Below, one piece after another: positions 1 to 9,826 of a DNA stretch of 27,654 nt; positions within the stretch are counted from its first letter, which is position 1; each line of letters starts with the position of its first letter. Source of the DNA: a virus. Taxonomy: Duplodnaviria; Caudoviricetes. The position numbers and the translations under genes were made by a program. The notes under the pieces were generated by a model that was given only the letters and a program-made list of their open reading frames with translations, did not search any database and had not been told where the DNA came from. The stretch is taken from IMG/VR virus record IMGVR_UViG_3300044513_001444, positions 1-27,654 of that record; one strand, 5' to 3'.

Positions 1-182
1 GGGAAATTTTTAGTTGTTATGAAAGTGTTTGTCGCTGCTTCATAAACTAAAATACTTCCATCTTGGAGATTAGTCGCGTCTACATCCGCGAGCAAAGTTA
101 ATCTACCACCAGATCCCCCTCCAAGGGCACCGCTGGCAATAACTTTGACTTGATTTGATGTGCCGATTCGTAATGCTGGCAT
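1..182 (-). CDS. Partial hypothetical protein, probably virion-associated (runs off the window edge; not in the ORF track)
   Basis: ATG at 182-180 overlaps the TAA of the upstream gene (TAATG). The frame stays open to the edge: MPALRIGTSNQVKVIASGALGGGSGGRLTLLADVDATNLQDGSILVYEAATNTFITTKNF. The LxDVD...DGSxLVY pattern resembles small cyanophage tail-region proteins. Confidence 0.8.
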   Translation of the reverse strand, partial: MPALRIGTSNQVKVIASGALGGGSGGRLTLLADVDATNLQDGSILVYEAATNTFITTKNF

Positions 183-520
183 TACCTTGTGACTCCTGCT
201 CTGACTAGGACCATTCCTTCAACGACCTTGTACTTATAGCCACCAGAGTCTTCGAGGTTCACATCATATACATAACGCCCTGGTTTTAAATCAACCGTTA
301 GAGTCGAACCCAGAGAAATCTGAATCTGACCGTTTTCTGGATCGGTAACTGTAGACGCAAAAGATACGGCAGTGCTACTACCTGCCCACTTTCTCATTTG
401 AGAAGTTGCCGTGTAGTTTGTTAGGTTTAAGAAACCTCCTGTATCGTTATCTCCTAAACTGAAACCGTGTTGAAAATCAACCCCAGCGTCAATTTGTAGA
501 TTAGCAATGTAAACTGCCAT
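182..520 (-). CDS. Small virion structural protein (BppU N-terminal-like beta-sandwich), 112 aa
   Basis: N-terminal NLxIDAGxDF, central LNLTNYTATSQMRK and C-terminal LKPGRYVYDV...KVVEG motifs are typical of cyanomyovirus proteins downstream of VrlC. A late promoter core lies just upstream. Confidence 0.75.
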   Translation of the reverse strand: MAVYIANLQIDAGVDFQHGFSLGDNDTGGFLNLTNYTATSQMRKWAGSSTAVSFASTVTDPENGQIQISLGSTLTVDLKPGRYVYDVNLEDSGGYKYKVVEGMVLVRAGVTR

Positions 521-543
521 TCTTTACATCACGGATTATCCTA

Positions 544-708
544 TTAGGTATTTAGTTTCCTTAATTCCTGTAATACTTCGTAGAGTGTTGCTTTTATTTC
601 TGACATTTCAGCACGCAAAATTTCTAACTCCGTTGGCGGAATATTATTTGAATCATCTATACCAAATCCATGGTATTTTAAGAATTCAGAATGCGGATCT
701 CTGCTCAT
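544..708 (-). CDS. Hypothetical 54-aa protein with C-terminal coiled coil (not in the ORF track)
   Basis: ATG at 708-706 overlaps the TGA of the upstream gene (ATGA). Translation: MSRDPHSEFLKYHGFGIDDSNNIPPTELEILRAEMSEIKATLYEVLQELRKLNT. It nearly fills the gap between the neighbouring genes. Confidence 0.8.
   Translation of the reverse strand: MSRDPHSEFLKYHGFGIDDSNNIPPTELEILRAEMSEIKATLYEVLQELRKLNT
549..556 (-). promoter_or_regulatory. Putative T4-type late promoter (ACTAAATA)
   Basis: Near match to the gp55-dependent TATAAATA consensus, about 29 nt upstream of the ATG at 520. Confidence 0.6.
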
Positions 709-908
709 AATTTTTCAATAATTAGTCCCAACAAATGCTTAATCTCATCGATGTCTTTTTTCATAGACTCGATTTCGTCCTTTTCTGTTTTTTTAGCATC
801 TCTTTGTCTTATGTATGCCTGATAATTGGAGTCATCGCCGTTGACGATGGCTCCAGTCTCAGAGTCTCTCCAAAGATAAGAGTGCCCTTCTACAGGTATC
901 AAACTCAT
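705..908 (-). CDS. Conserved small cyanophage protein with C-terminal coiled coil, 67 aa
   Basis: VEGHxxLxRDxxTGAIVN motif and heptad-patterned C-terminus. ATGA overlap with the stop of the DUF4815/VrlC gene. Confidence 0.8.
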   Translation of the reverse strand: MSLIPVEGHSYLWRDSETGAIVNGDDSNYQAYIRQRDAKKTEKDEIESMKKDIDEIKHLLGLIIEKL

Positions 909-3900
909 GCTACAGCAATAACTCTCAGGTTCTTAATTACAGGATACTTCGCTTGGTTAGTTCCGCTGAATACGATTTTAATTTGGAATCCATTGAAACT
1001 AGGAAGTTCATCTATAGAGTATGTATACTCTCTATACTGGGTCTCATCTGCAGGAACAAACGAATCCGATCTTCCATCATTTTCATTCGGATCAATTACT
1101 TCATCACCGATACCATCTCCATCAGTATCTCTAAGGTTGAGATATCCAGGGAAAAGTTCAAAGTCAGGAGTTACTTCACTAGAGTCTGTCTTAAGGATGC
1201 TGTAGAGGCATCTGAAATCACATTCAATCGGTCTGCGTGCTTCGAAGATAACCTTCAAGGAAGTTGCAGGGTTCTTAACATAAATCGGGTTGGACAGATA
1301 ATATGAAGCGTGGGGATCACTATATCTGCTGTTGACTCTAGAATCAGTTCTATAATCCTCAACAGGATTATTCAATCTATTTTCGTAGAACAGGGAAGTA
1401 GCAGCAGAAAGGTCAATAACAGGAGAATTGTACTCATCTCCATTATTTGCTAACTGAATTGTGTATGTAAGAGACTTGTTTCTGGGGAGAGAACCAAGTT
1501 TATCTGCCTCATTTACGCGAGAAGAAAGAATTCTAGTGGAATCCAGTTGTGTAATTCTGTTCAGGTCAACATCTTGGAATCCTCCGTCAATGTAAGCAGA
1601 CTCAACTCCACTAGGAGAGGTGCCTGTAACGGTTCTCAACTGCAGGGAGATGAAGTCAGTGGGTCCGAATGTAATTGCTTGGAACAGAGGTCTTACAGCG
1701 TCATATTGGATGTTCTTGGTAGCATGTACATTCTGTCCACCACCAGAAGCTTCTTCTCTGAAAGAAACCTGAGGAATAGAATTAGCAGTGTCATCACTTC
1801 CTCTGCTAGATCCTCTATCAATTTGAATATAGTAATTATCAATGTCTCTAAGAAGACTAGAAACTTCGTGTTCTGTATTAATTCTTCTGAGAGAAACTCC
1901 ACTATATTCATACTTCTGAACGGGATCATTCTTCAGATGATTCAGTGCCTTAGTTCCATCAACTCCTCTTATAACACCACCAAGACTAGAAACACCAACT
2001 GTGGTATAAGAAATAATCTCACTATTAATGAGAGCATAACCAGTATTTGCAGCACTTACTACTGCACCCTCAAATGTGGCAAACTGAGATGTAGAAGCAA
2101 CGGAAATCGTTGTTTCGTTCGAAACTAAAGCAACAGACAGTTCTGTTGGAAGAACATCAGATTGAATATCTTGAAGCAATACCTTGTTAGAGGCACTGTG
2201 CATTCCATGGTTGCGATGGTCTACTCTGAAATATTCTCCAGTGTAAACACTACCTGTAGCATCATATGTGAGGATATCTAATCCAGTGTCAATGGTAGAT
2301 CCACTATCATGATAATAAAGAAGGTCATTAGTAGCAGTATCAAACTGTTCTGCTTGAACATCTGTCAGATACAGAGTATCGATGCCACCAAGAGAGTTGA
2401 TTCCAATACGAACACCAGAACCAGAGTTTCCTACATCAGCAGTTACAAGACCAACAACATCGCCAACTTTGTATCCACTACCAGAAGATGCAATCGATAC
2501 TGCCGTGATAGCAGAAATACCAGATCCAACAGTGACATTAAAGGTCAGACCTTCTCCGTTACCAACAATGTTAAATGTGCTTACTGGATTTGTAGGAGTT
2601 CCATAATTCTTACCGCCTGTTACGATACCAGGAGTTCCTAGAACAGGACCACCCTTATCATTAATATAACCATATCTGTAGGTTTCGGTGCTCTCACCAA
2701 TCTTTCTACCCTGAGTAAATACTGTTCCGATTAAACCAGCATTAGATGTAGTTGTAATACCAATCTTTGCTTGCTTAGGAATAGAAGTAATCGGGTTGAA
2801 GTTCAGAGGAGGAAGCAGTCCATTATTAGGTTCCAGAGGAGGATTGTGGAATGTAAGGAGACCAGTGTCCGAAGTAAATTTCGCTCTGTACAGTTTAAAT
2901 GTCAAGTCTTCGAACTGAGATGGTGTCCAAATTTCTCCGTTCTGCGATTTGAACAGAGATCCCATTGCAAACTGCTGGGAGTAAATCTTACCTTGAGCAG
3001 ACGGAAGCAATTGGGTGTTGAGTGCCTTTTGACCCATTTCACCACAGAATACTTCATACTCATCGCTATCAGAAAGAAGAACAATAGCGTAAGTCGTATT
3101 AGGCTCAAGATAAACGGGGCTCTTGAATCTGAATCTTGTAGGAACAGTACCGTTTTCGGATGTTGTGATATCAGATGGTCTTAAAGTTACGATAGCATTT
3201 CTATCAATAACAAACAAAGTCGGTGTACCAAGTTCTACGCTTCTAATTTGAAGATTTACTGGGGTAGATCCAGAATTCTTCTTGGAGAAGTAGATATCGA
3301 CTGATGTAGCCCATGCACCTTCTGGTCCTGTTACGATAGTTTGAGCAAGAGGGTCTCTTCTCTGTACCCGAACTGGACGGTTCTGGTTGACAACAACAGT
3401 CCTAGTTCTATCAATAACAGTGGTGTTATTGATGATAACTGGCGGCGGCGGTGGAGGCGGGGGAGGAATCGTGCCTCTAATGTCAATCGTAGAAAGATTG
3501 GTAATAGTTGTTGTCTCAAGGGTTGTAATTCTGATATCAGTTTGAACAACTCTTGTTGTACCAGTTGCAGTATATCTTGCAAGGGCAGTCGAAATTAATG
3601 TGCTTCCAGGAGTCGGATTTTCATTTGTCAAACTAGAAGTAAGTTTGAAATCTCTGTTACCAGATCTAATTCTAACTTGAGGAGTAGGAGTTTGGTTGGG
3701 ATCTCTAAGATAGACAGAACCAATTAGATCACCAAAATCGTCAGAAATCAATCTGATTCTAGCGACAGTTGCTTGAGCACCACTAGTCAATCCTCTCAGA
3801 ACCATTCCAGGAAGAACAAGTCCAAAGAAAGCTCCTTGTGCTTGCGCGGCGAGTGCTACCGTATCAATGTTGAGTACTGTAGATGCCTGAGAATATCCGT

Positions 3901-6900
3901 TAGGAAGTGTGGATGTTGGATTGTAGGGGTTAATCGTATATGTCTCTGTCGGAGCAGCAAAAGGTCCAGACTTATGGTTTGGAACACAGAGTCTAAACTC
4001 AAAGGTGTTGCCATTAATCGTGCCTCTAATCGTCTCACCAACTTGGAAGGAACCAGAAACACTATTAACTTCAAGAAGTTTTGGAACAATATCAAGTCCA
4101 CCTTGATTATCAAAGAAAGCAAAGAAATTGGTAAGAGGTTTCAGACCAATTCCTCTAAATTCAATGTTTCTGGAACGGCAGAATGGATCGAATGTTTCTT
4201 CAGCAATAAAAGTGTTTTCAGATCTAATGTCGTCTCTTTGAACTGTTCTTCCAACTTCTCTTGTGGATACCGTAGCAGATCCACCAAGAACTCCACCTCT
4301 TGTGAGACTAAAGTTGGCAGCAACTTGGTTGTTGAATACTGTAATTCCGATAGTATTGCGGATTACATTCTCAGTTCTTCTTGTATTAATCCAGTTGTCA
4401 ATAGAAGGATTGAGTTTCAGTTCTCCAGTGTAGGAAACAACATGGAAGGGGTTAATATTGTTAACCTTAGTTGCAAACTCCTGTTTGATATATTCGACTT
4501 CCGCATACTTCAGAGAAAGAATGTCTCCAGTCTTTTGAGTATTATTAAAATCGAGAAGTTCAAAGTCGGAGTTGTAATCAAGTTGAGAAGTAGGAAGATC
4601 CGTTCTAGGTGCAACTTGAAGATCAACCGAATCAAATTCTCTAAGAGGTCTTAATTCTCCAAGTTCCTTATCGATCTCACAAGGAGAACTGGGATCCATG
4701 AAGTCAACTGTCTTAAAGTTGTCAACAAAGAATCCAGACTTAAATCTAGTGAGACCTTGAGCATCTCTAATTTGTAAAGACTCTGCACTCTTCTCCAGAA
4801 GAGAAAGACTGGTAACCGTCTCCAGATTTTCGATTCTATCAGCAAGATCGCCAATATCCCGCATTGTATATCTACGGTTATCCTTAAGATATACTCTTGC
4901 TTCTTCTACATCCTTCAAATATGCGGGAAGAAGAATAGTTGCAAGTTCCATTCCTCTATTTGTCATAGTTGGAGGAACGGGTTGTCTTGAAGGTTTGCCC
5001 CTCAGAATACTGAAGTTGCCATCAGGTAAAAGCACCAATTTGTCAATTCTGGGCAGATAGAAATCGTAGTCAAATGTCATAGACTCATTAGGAGTCAGAA
5101 TTCTATCTGGTTTTCCCGAGAAATCTCTAGAAGTGTAGAAGAAAGGAGATACCGTTGCAGAAAGAGGATTGTATGTAGATACTCTAGGTCTGAAATCTAA
5201 TACATCATGAGCCGATACCTGAGAAGGTCCAATGGCAGGGATATCCCTGGCATATCTTTGCGCATCGTAACTATTAACGGTAAATACATCTCCAGTATCT
5301 CCGCTAGGAACATCAAATCTATTGTAAACAATCAGGAGTTGTCTATGAGGAACATATGCTCCTCTGTTCCTTACAATTCTGGAGTAGTCATAATATTGAT
5401 TTCTTTGACCCTTATCAAGCATGTAGCTGCTTGTAATGTCTCTGTACTTACCAGGAGTGAATGCTTGAAGAACAGCAACTACTTTCGACTCTTCAAATTC
5501 CAGAGGTTCCAGAACAGAGAATCTGTCATTAGTCAGATAAACAACTTCGATCTGACTGTTAAGAGCATCGATAGAAACTACTTTAGCAATTCCTTTGCTG
5601 GTTGTGCCAAAGATGTTTTCACCAATGATTGCACTAGTAAATACATCGTCAGTAGAAGAGAATGTCAGCTTATCCAGAATTGGAGCAGATGTATCTAAAG
5701 ATTCATAGATTGCTACGATATCTGTAACATCTGGATAATTGAGGCAGATATCTCTATCTTGAACTCTGATTCCATAGAGTTCGCTATGATTCAATCCATC
5801 ATTAACACTAGATGTGGGATCAGTTCCAGATCTTCTATTAGTGGATCTGGTGATAGAAACTTTCTGGGATCTCTTGAATTCTTTTACCTTGTTTTTAATA
5901 TTTGCCTTAGATACAGTCAAATTGACTGTAATGTTAGACTGACTAGCAATTAATCCAGAGATTGTAAGAGAGGTAGGAGTGATAGATACTTGAGACTCGT
6001 CAATAGTCGCAATAGCACCGCTAGAATACTGTACCTGATATCTTTCTTGGTCAAATGCTACAAAAGAGGCATCATCCAGATTTACAGAAGAAATCGGAAC
6101 AACTAACACTCCGCCAGCTGTGGTGGTTTCATTCTTTACTTGAGCAGAAAGAAGGAGTGTTGAAGAAGTGAAATCTACATTAGAAATAGCCAGATCAGGA
6201 AGTCTTGTGATAAGAGATGCATTCTCTGTAGAAGAGTCCTGTACTCCGAAACCAATAGCACCATCATATGCCTTTACTCCACCATCAAAGAGATTGGCAA
6301 CAGTTGTCATTGCACCAACCTGCATAGATTGCAGGTCAGCAGCAACAGAAATAACAACATTCTGAGAAGGAATGCTAATTGCACTACCAGCAGTGTTTAC
6401 TGGAGACGCATATCTAATAACATCTCCAGGTTTGAAGAACTGGAAACTTGCTCCTCTGGGAGATGTTACAGTTCCTGCAGTGGTGATTTTTACAGTTCCA
6501 TTTCCAAATGCAGGAACTGGTCTATCGGTTAACTTCTTGCTAGCAGAAAATGTATTAGACTGTTGGAAACTGTATACATCATTAATGCCATAGACTTTAA
6601 TTCCTTCAATAGATCTGGGAAGATCTTGATTACCATTAATGATTAATTGTTCGCCAAGACGGAATCTTCCAGATGTTTGTGTAACATTGATTACACTGCT
6701 ACCAGCACCTGCTGCTGCCGCAAATCCATTTGCGCCACTTTCCTTACCGACGAGGAAAGCAGATTCAATCATTTCAGTTGCACTGACATTATCATTCAGT
6801 GTCAATGTTGTGTATGTTTGAATATCATACAGATACATGTTAAAATCTGTAGATGCATTCTCATATTCTGCATCTTTTAGTCCAAAATTATAGACCTTTG

Positions 6901-8206
6901 CATCACCAATCTTAGTGCTAGTTCCAGCTGCAACATTGGTAGCACCATTATTGGGACCACCATAAAGACTAATTCTATTAGTAAGAGTAGAAAGACCTAC
7001 GACATTATTAACAACAAACTTATTTCCCATTTCGAATGGGAATGCTTTGTTCTCTACTTTTTGAGTTTCTCTTGGTTTTAAGAAATCAATTGTAGTCGGA
7101 CCATCAGTGGATACATCATATCCGTAAATATATGCCTTACCTGCGCTAATTTTCAAGCAGGCAAGGTCATCGCTAGGTGTATTACCATCAAATGTAGTTT
7201 GGTCCGAGAAATATACTCCGTTATTTCCTTGTCTGTCATTAAGACACTCCGAAACATTGACGAGGAATTTGTTTACTGCATAGTTTCCAGACTCATCAAA
7301 AGTTCTGGAAGCAATATAGTCTCTAATTCTAGAATACTCAGTATCCTTCTTGATAGAAAGAATGGTGCCGTTGCTGACACGAAGAACTTCTACGAAGTCA
7401 GTATCGTCGAAATCATCAACCGATTTCTTGGCAAGAACCAAATTAATTTTAAGTCTATCTGCACCAGGAGCAGCAAAGTTAGAAAATCCCTTTGCGTTAT
7501 CATAAAGGGTATTATCTGCCTTGGCACTAATTGTGCTTTCTACAATTTTCAGACCAACACGATAAGAGGGTTGGGAATTGTACTGATCAAGAATGATTGT
7601 TTGCTTGGTTACCCTTACAAAGTTTCCTCTAAGGAAATATACACCATCATCAACAGATGCTGCAGATCCAATACTACAAGCATTCAATTCGATCGTAGAA
7701 GCAAAAGTTCCACCAACATTAATGGTGGTTCCTCCGTAAGTAAATGCTTCTTCAGCGACTAAAACTTCACTATCACTGAAGAAGTTAAAGTCTCCACTCG
7801 TAGAGGAGTTAATGTACTTTACGAAGAAAGTATCATAGTTATTATCAGATTCAGTGGCGCTAATGTAATTGATTACCTTAGCAGTAACACCACTTGTTTG
7901 ACCTTTAATCTTTTTGCCAATTACTTGACTGGCATATACCCCAATATCAACACCAAGGTGAGTGGGATTAACTTGGACAGCGTAATATTGACCATCAAAG
8001 GTAATTGATCCAGGGATTACGATGGATCCTTCCTTGAAGATGTGACTACCAAATGTCTCTACCTGATTTTGCAGGATAGATTGTAAAGTAGAAAGTTCTC
8101 TTGCCTGAACAGGAAATCCTGGTTTAAACAGAACACGATGATAACCCTTGGTAGGGTCAAAATCGTCATAGTAAGGACTTACATTGAGGTTAGTCTGTTG
8201 TGGCAT
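905..8206 (-). CDS. vrlC: Large virion structural protein, DUF4815 / VrlC-like, 2433 aa
   Basis: N-terminus NLNVSPYYDDFD..KGYHRVLFKPGFPVQARELSTLQSILQNQ, internal YLPRIDK, RRYTMRDIGDLADRIENLE, RFKSGFFVDNF and DPLAQT motifs. It lies directly after gp8, as in T4-like cyanophages. Confidence 0.85.
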   Translation of the reverse strand: MPQQTNLNVSPYYDDFDPTKGYHRVLFKPGFPVQARELSTLQSILQNQVETFGSHIFKEGSIVIPGSITFDGQYYAVQVNPTHLGVDIGVYASQVIGKKIKGQTSGVTAKVINYISATESDNNYDTFFVKYINSSTSGDFNFFSDSEVLVAEEAFTYGGTTINVGGTFASTIELNACSIGSAASVDDGVYFLRGNFVRVTKQTIILDQYNSQPSYRVGLKIVESTISAKADNTLYDNAKGFSNFAAPGADRLKINLVLAKKSVDDFDDTDFVEVLRVSNGTILSIKKDTEYSRIRDYIASRTFDESGNYAVNKFLVNVSECLNDRQGNNGVYFSDQTTFDGNTPSDDLACLKISAGKAYIYGYDVSTDGPTTIDFLKPRETQKVENKAFPFEMGNKFVVNNVVGLSTLTNRISLYGGPNNGATNVAAGTSTKIGDAKVYNFGLKDAEYENASTDFNMYLYDIQTYTTLTLNDNVSATEMIESAFLVGKESGANGFAAAAGAGSSVINVTQTSGRFRLGEQLIINGNQDLPRSIEGIKVYGINDVYSFQQSNTFSASKKLTDRPVPAFGNGTVKITTAGTVTSPRGASFQFFKPGDVIRYASPVNTAGSAISIPSQNVVISVAADLQSMQVGAMTTVANLFDGGVKAYDGAIGFGVQDSSTENASLITRLPDLAISNVDFTSSTLLLSAQVKNETTTAGGVLVVPISSVNLDDASFVAFDQERYQVQYSSGAIATIDESQVSITPTSLTISGLIASQSNITVNLTVSKANIKNKVKEFKRSQKVSITRSTNRRSGTDPTSSVNDGLNHSELYGIRVQDRDICLNYPDVTDIVAIYESLDTSAPILDKLTFSSTDDVFTSAIIGENIFGTTSKGIAKVVSIDALNSQIEVVYLTNDRFSVLEPLEFEESKVVAVLQAFTPGKYRDITSSYMLDKGQRNQYYDYSRIVRNRGAYVPHRQLLIVYNRFDVPSGDTGDVFTVNSYDAQRYARDIPAIGPSQVSAHDVLDFRPRVSTYNPLSATVSPFFYTSRDFSGKPDRILTPNESMTFDYDFYLPRIDKLVLLPDGNFSILRGKPSRQPVPPTMTNRGMELATILLPAYLKDVEEARVYLKDNRRYTMRDIGDLADRIENLETVTSLSLLEKSAESLQIRDAQGLTRFKSGFFVDNFKTVDFMDPSSPCEIDKELGELRPLREFDSVDLQVAPRTDLPTSQLDYNSDFELLDFNNTQKTGDILSLKYAEVEYIKQEFATKVNNINPFHVVSYTGELKLNPSIDNWINTRRTENVIRNTIGITVFNNQVAANFSLTRGGVLGGSATVSTREVGRTVQRDDIRSENTFIAEETFDPFCRSRNIEFRGIGLKPLTNFFAFFDNQGGLDIVPKLLEVNSVSGSFQVGETIRGTINGNTFEFRLCVPNHKSGPFAAPTETYTINPYNPTSTLPNGYSQASTVLNIDTVALAAQAQGAFFGLVLPGMVLRGLTSGAQATVARIRLISDDFGDLIGSVYLRDPNQTPTPQVRIRSGNRDFKLTSSLTNENPTPGSTLISTALARYTATGTTRVVQTDIRITTLETTTITNLSTIDIRGTIPPPPPPPPPVIINNTTVIDRTRTVVVNQNRPVRVQRRDPLAQTIVTGPEGAWATSVDIYFSKKNSGSTPVNLQIRSVELGTPTLFVIDRNAIVTLRPSDITTSENGTVPTRFRFKSPVYLEPNTTYAIVLLSDSDEYEVFCGEMGQKALNTQLLPSAQGKIYSQQFAMGSLFKSQNGEIWTPSQFEDLTFKLYRAKFTSDTGLLTFHNPPLEPNNGLLPPLNFNPITSIPKQAKIGITTTSNAGLIGTVFTQGRKIGESTETYRYGYINDKGGPVLGTPGIVTGGKNYGTPTNPVSTFNIVGNGEGLTFNVTVGSGISAITAVSIASSGSGYKVGDVVGLVTADVGNSGSGVRIGINSLGGIDTLYLTDVQAEQFDTATNDLLYYHDSGSTIDTGLDILTYDATGSVYTGEYFRVDHRNHGMHSASNKVLLQDIQSDVLPTELSVALVSNETTISVASTSQFATFEGAVVSAANTGYALINSEIISYTTVGVSSLGGVIRGVDGTKALNHLKNDPVQKYEYSGVSLRRINTEHEVSSLLRDIDNYYIQIDRGSSRGSDDTANSIPQVSFREEASGGGQNVHATKNIQYDAVRPLFQAITFGPTDFISLQLRTVTGTSPSGVESAYIDGGFQDVDLNRITQLDSTRILSSRVNEADKLGSLPRNKSLTYTIQLANNGDEYNSPVIDLSAATSLFYENRLNNPVEDYRTDSRVNSRYSDPHASYYLSNPIYVKNPATSLKVIFEARRPIECDFRCLYSILKTDSSEVTPDFELFPGYLNLRDTDGDGIGDEVIDPNENDGRSDSFVPADETQYREYTYSIDELPSFNGFQIKIVFSGTNQAKYPVIKNLRVIAVA
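3440..3466 (-). repeat. Poly-proline tract (9 Pro) within the VrlC-like protein
   Basis: Codons CCT CCC CCG CCT CCA CCG CCG CCG CCA encode IPPPPPPPPPV. Confidence 0.95.
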
Positions 8207-8210
8207 CTTC

Positions 8211-9785
8211 TTAGAATTCTAAAACGATTTTGATGTCTTCTTTTTGACGCTCATTCCTTGTAATAGAAGGTCTATTGTCAAGGTAAATGATCTCACCAGT
8301 CCTTTTATTTATTTCCGCTGGAGCAAGTCCATTGGTAAATTGTACACCAAGATCAACAACTTTACCTGCGGGTGTAGTTGTTGAAATTCCAGAGAATCCA
8401 GAATCAATGTTTACACTGAATCCACCATCGGCAGTAACAGCATTTCCAGAAGAACTAAACTCTAGAACTGCAGCATCTCCTGCAACTCCAATACTATCAG
8501 TTGTATCATAGAAAACTTGATTAACATACAAGTTTCTATCTTGGAAGTACTTAATAACCCGAGTGGATGTGTCATAAGAAGCAACATATCCTTTTGCGGT
8601 TCCAACTCCAGTGATTGTTTGCTGGATTTTTGTACCGATTGCTAAAGACTGTGCTGTGTTTCCAGTAAACTTGATTGCTTTTGTTGCAGAAAATTCTGAA
8701 GTGTTCAAAACTGCAGTAGATCCAGCACCAGCAGAAATCGGATTCTTAAGAATTCCAATTTGTGCGAATGTTGTATCTGATGCAAAATCATAACTAGAGT
8801 TATCAAATCTGGAATAGATCAGAACTTTATCTGTTCCAAGTTCCTTATAGAGATCATAACCATGCCCTCTAGATGGAGGAATAATCGGTGTCAGTTTAGA
8901 AAACTTAGTTGCAGCAGAGTTGATGGAAGAAAGATCGACTCTACCAAAACTATATCCCTGACCACCAGCAGTTACAGTTGCAGAAATGATCTGACCGTTG
9001 GTATTGGTTTGAACTCGAACCTTACCACCCGTTCCATCACCAAGAATATCTAATTCAACAGGCGAGGACAAAAATGCATAACCCTCACCTTGTTCATCAA
9101 TCGATACTACCTTAATCTGATTATTATTAACGGTTGAGTCTCCGTTATCTCTAACAACTTTGATTTCATTTTCTGTAGATGTTGACCATTCGTTAGGAAC
9201 CGCTACATATTCGGTCGAGTCGAACTTAACAATGTCGGAAGGAGGAACAGTAAAGAGATATTTCCAGAGATAACCGTCACCACTCGTCCCTGCAGACGCT
9301 GGTTCCAAATCAGTAAATGTGGGTTCATCGAGTGATGCATTTGCTGTTGATGTGATTCCAGCAGAACCATTATCAATGCAAATATAAACTCTAAAATCCT
9401 TATTAATTACATAATAGTTTGCAGAATAAAGTCTGCTGGAGTTTGAAACTAGAGATCTGTTATTCGTGCTGTAGTCGTGGCGGTACATATCGTAAGATGT
9501 ACCTTTTGTCCACTGGACTTTACGGATTAGTCTCCTAACATCACCAGGCAATACCTTTCGCCCGAAAAGCATCGTATCGTAAACATGATTGACATAACTA
9601 ATGTTATCAATCGGAGATGGAGGTTGTACAGTTGTACTATTCCAAGTACTAGTTCTTCCATAACCCGTTATTGTCGGATTAGCAAGACCCAAAAATGCAT
9701 AATACGAATTAGTTCCATCAATTACGGAGTCTACAAAGTTATTCGCGTTAATGACCCTAAATTGATCGGTGATAATGGCTGCCAT
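8211..9785 (-). CDS. gp8: Baseplate wedge subunit gp8, 524 aa
   Basis: MAAIITDQFR start, W..GT.YDMYRHDY, YYV.N.DFRVYICIDNG, DGYLWKYLFT and C-terminal GEIIYLDNR..ITR...QKEDIKIVLEF match the T4 gp8 family. It follows gp7. Confidence 0.92.
   Translation of the reverse strand: MAAIITDQFRVINANNFVDSVIDGTNSYYAFLGLANPTITGYGRTSTWNSTTVQPPSPIDNISYVNHVYDTMLFGRKVLPGDVRRLIRKVQWTKGTSYDMYRHDYSTNNRSLVSNSSRLYSANYYVINKDFRVYICIDNGSAGITSTANASLDEPTFTDLEPASAGTSGDGYLWKYLFTVPPSDIVKFDSTEYVAVPNEWSTSTENEIKVVRDNGDSTVNNNQIKVVSIDEQGEGYAFLSSPVELDILGDGTGGKVRVQTNTNGQIISATVTAGGQGYSFGRVDLSSINSAATKFSKLTPIIPPSRGHGYDLYKELGTDKVLIYSRFDNSSYDFASDTTFAQIGILKNPISAGAGSTAVLNTSEFSATKAIKFTGNTAQSLAIGTKIQQTITGVGTAKGYVASYDTSTRVIKYFQDRNLYVNQVFYDTTDSIGVAGDAAVLEFSSSGNAVTADGGFSVNIDSGFSGISTTTPAGKVVDLGVQFTNGLAPAEINKRTGEIIYLDNRPSITRNERQKEDIKIVLEF
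8306..8313 (-). promoter_or_regulatory. Putative internal late promoter (AATAAATA) for the VrlC-like gene
   Basis: NATAAATA inside the gp8 3' end (codons GAA ATA AAT AAA), 100 nt upstream of the ATG at 8206. Confidence 0.55.
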
Positions 9786-9818
9786 TATTATGAGCGGGCG
9801 AAAGGTCTAACTTTTTTG

Positions 9819-9826
9819 TATTTATA
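9819..9826 (-). promoter_or_regulatory. T4-type late promoter (TATAAATA) for gp8
   Basis: Perfect consensus overlapping the gp7 TAA stop, 34 nt upstream of the gp8 ATG. Confidence 0.8.

Noticed and set aside
735-8206. Numerous plus-strand and alternative-frame ORFs inside the VrlC-like gene (for example 3773..4654, 1547..2128, 7199..7762)
   Set aside because: These are shadow ORFs of a long coding sequence, with Ser/Ile/Cys/Arg-rich composition and no motifs or expression signals.
905-8206. VrlC as a bacterial virulence factor
   Set aside because: The name is historical, from the Dichelobacter vrl locus. Here the gene context (after gp8, under late promoters) indicates a virion structural protein.
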